NCBI RefSeq assembly: GCF_963921235.1
Contig: NC_086097.1
Coordinates: 102,922,001-102,986,000, forward strand
DNA length: 64,000 nucleotides
DNA from: Mobula hypostoma
Lineage: Eukaryota
Direction: 5' to 3'
How positions within the stretch are numbered: position 1 is the first letter of the stretch; the number at the start of each line of letters is the position of its first letter. Of the stretch, positions 62,672-64,000 are shown piece after piece. The translations under genes and the position numbers were made by a program. The notes beneath the pieces are model-generated. The model was given only the letters and a program-made list of their open reading frames with translations. It had not been told where the DNA came from and searched no databases.

Positions 62672-63445
62672 CGTATTGAATTGATTTTATTTGTTACATC
62701 CTTTACATACATGAGTAAAAATCTTGTGTCTCTGTCTAAATATGCAATTTATAGTAATTTGTAATAAATAGTATGCACAACAGGACAGTCAATATAGCAT
62801 AGAATTACAATTGTATCAGCATGAATTAATCAATCTGATGGCCCAGTGGAAGAAGCTATCCTGTTGGTCTTGGCTTTTATGCAGCTGGAACAGTTTGTGG
62901 TTGGGGTGACTTGGATTCCCAAATATCCTTCGGGCCCTCTTTATGCACCTGTCTTTGTAAATGTCTTAAATAGTGAGAAGTTCACATCTCCAGATGCACT
63001 GGGCTGTCCGCACCGCTCTGTGCAGAGTCCTGTGATTAAGGGAGGTACAGTTCCCATACCAGGCAGTGTTGCAGCCAGTCAGGATGCTCTCAATTGTGCC
63101 CCTGTAGAAAGTACTTAGGATATGGGGATTCATGCCAAACTTCTTCAACTGTCTGAGGTGAAAGAGGTGCTGCTGTTCTTTTTTCAGCCGGTATGTACAG
63201 ACCAAGCAAAATCCTCAGTGATGTGTATGCCGGGAACTTAAAGCTGTTCACCCTCTCAACCGCAGATCCATTGATGTCAGTAGGGGTTAGCCTGTCTCCA
63301 TTCCTCCTGTAGTGCACAAGCAGCTCTTTTGCTTTTGCAACATTGAGGGAGAGGTTGTTTTCTTGACATCATTGTGTCAGGGTGATGACTTCTCTGTAGG
63401 CTGCCTTGTTATTATTTGAGATGAGGCCAATCAATGTAGTATCTT
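62672..63445 (-). mobile_element. Rex1/Babar-like LINE 3' part, same family as 61355-61972
   Basis: Same 3' UTR; QQHLFHLRQLKKFG..FYRGTIESILTG; ends near DTTLIGLI. Confidence 0.85.
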
Positions 63446-63546
63446 CTAGTCCTGACGAAGGGTCTCGGCCTGAAACGTCGACTGCACCTCTTCCTACAGA
63501 TGCTGCCTGGCCTGCTGCGTTCACCAGCAACTTTGATGTGTGTTGC
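63446..63546 (+). mobile_element. 101-bp Penelope pLTR insertion beginning at a hammerhead motif
   Basis: Perfect 9-bp TSD tagtatctt (63437-63445 / 63547-63555). Confidence 0.9.
63448..63483 (+). ncRNA. Minimal hammerhead ribozyme motif (best-preserved copy)
   Basis: AGTC-CTGACGA-AGG(GTCTCGG)CCT-GAAA-CG-TC-GACT with a perfect 4-bp stem I. Confidence 0.8.
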
Positions 63547-63639
63547 TAGTATCTTTCGGTTGTGTGTGATATCCCTGCCACGGCTAGCTTGCTGATCTTA
63601 AAAACATAAGACAAGTCATGTGGTAGTATTCGTGGATTT

Positions 63640-64000
63640 TTCAGAAATTGGATGGCAGAAGGGACAAAGCTGTTCCTAAAATGTTGAGTGCATGTTTTCA
63701 GGCTCCTGTACCTCCTCTGTGAAGGCAGGAATAGAAAGCATGTCAGATGTTGAGGGTCCCTGATGATGAATGCTGCATTCTTAATGCAGGGGCCTATGAT
63801 GGAGCTTGCTGAGTCTACAACCTACTGCAGGCTCTTTTGATCCTGTGCATTGGAGCTTCCATACCGGGCAGTGATGCAATGAGTCAGAGTGCTCTTCTTG
63901 GTACAACTGTAGAAATTTGTTAAGTTATTTTCTGACATATCAATTCTCCTTCAACTCCTAATGAAGTATAGCTGCTGGTGTATTTTCTTCATGTTCTGCC
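63640..64000 (-). mobile_element. Degraded Rex1/Babar-like LINE fragment running off the window
   Basis: tggatggcagaagggacaaagctgttcc, ccataccgggcagtgatgc, ctgtagaaatttg motifs shared with the other copies. Confidence 0.7.

Noticed and set aside
1..64000. CRISPR arrays, tRNA/rRNA genes, prokaryotic systems
   Set aside because: None seen; the tRNA-Pro similarity is limited to 18-nt retroelement primer-binding sites.

Overview
Vertebrate nuclear DNA. The repeat complement (CR1 with esterase ORF1, L1, Rex1/Babar-like LINEs, Penelope, PNMA-type Gypsy, Tc1/Tigger) looks like a cartilaginous fish such as a ray; that assignment is inference. The only host-gene signal is a CpG-island promoter and probable first exon at ~8.1-8.6 kb on the + strand, with a ZNF143-type ACTACAnnTCCCAG motif, CCAAT/GC boxes, two short uORFs and a CAG|GTAAGC donor; the gene is not identified. 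The rest looks like a >55 kb first intron filled with decayed, deeply nested transposons, mostly antisense to the gene. Highlights: four minimal hammerhead-ribozyme motifs from two Penelope families, three of them in ~90-130 bp insertions whose 5' ends coincide with the ribozyme; a five-level nest (CR1>Tc1>Rex-like>L1>Penelope) that creates an in-frame L1-Penelope chimeric ORF; a bipartite non-autonomous RTE element; and two Gypsy elements with PNMA-like gag and tRNA-Pro primer sites. Family names come from recognised motifs, not database searches, and boundaries without a stated TSD are approximate.
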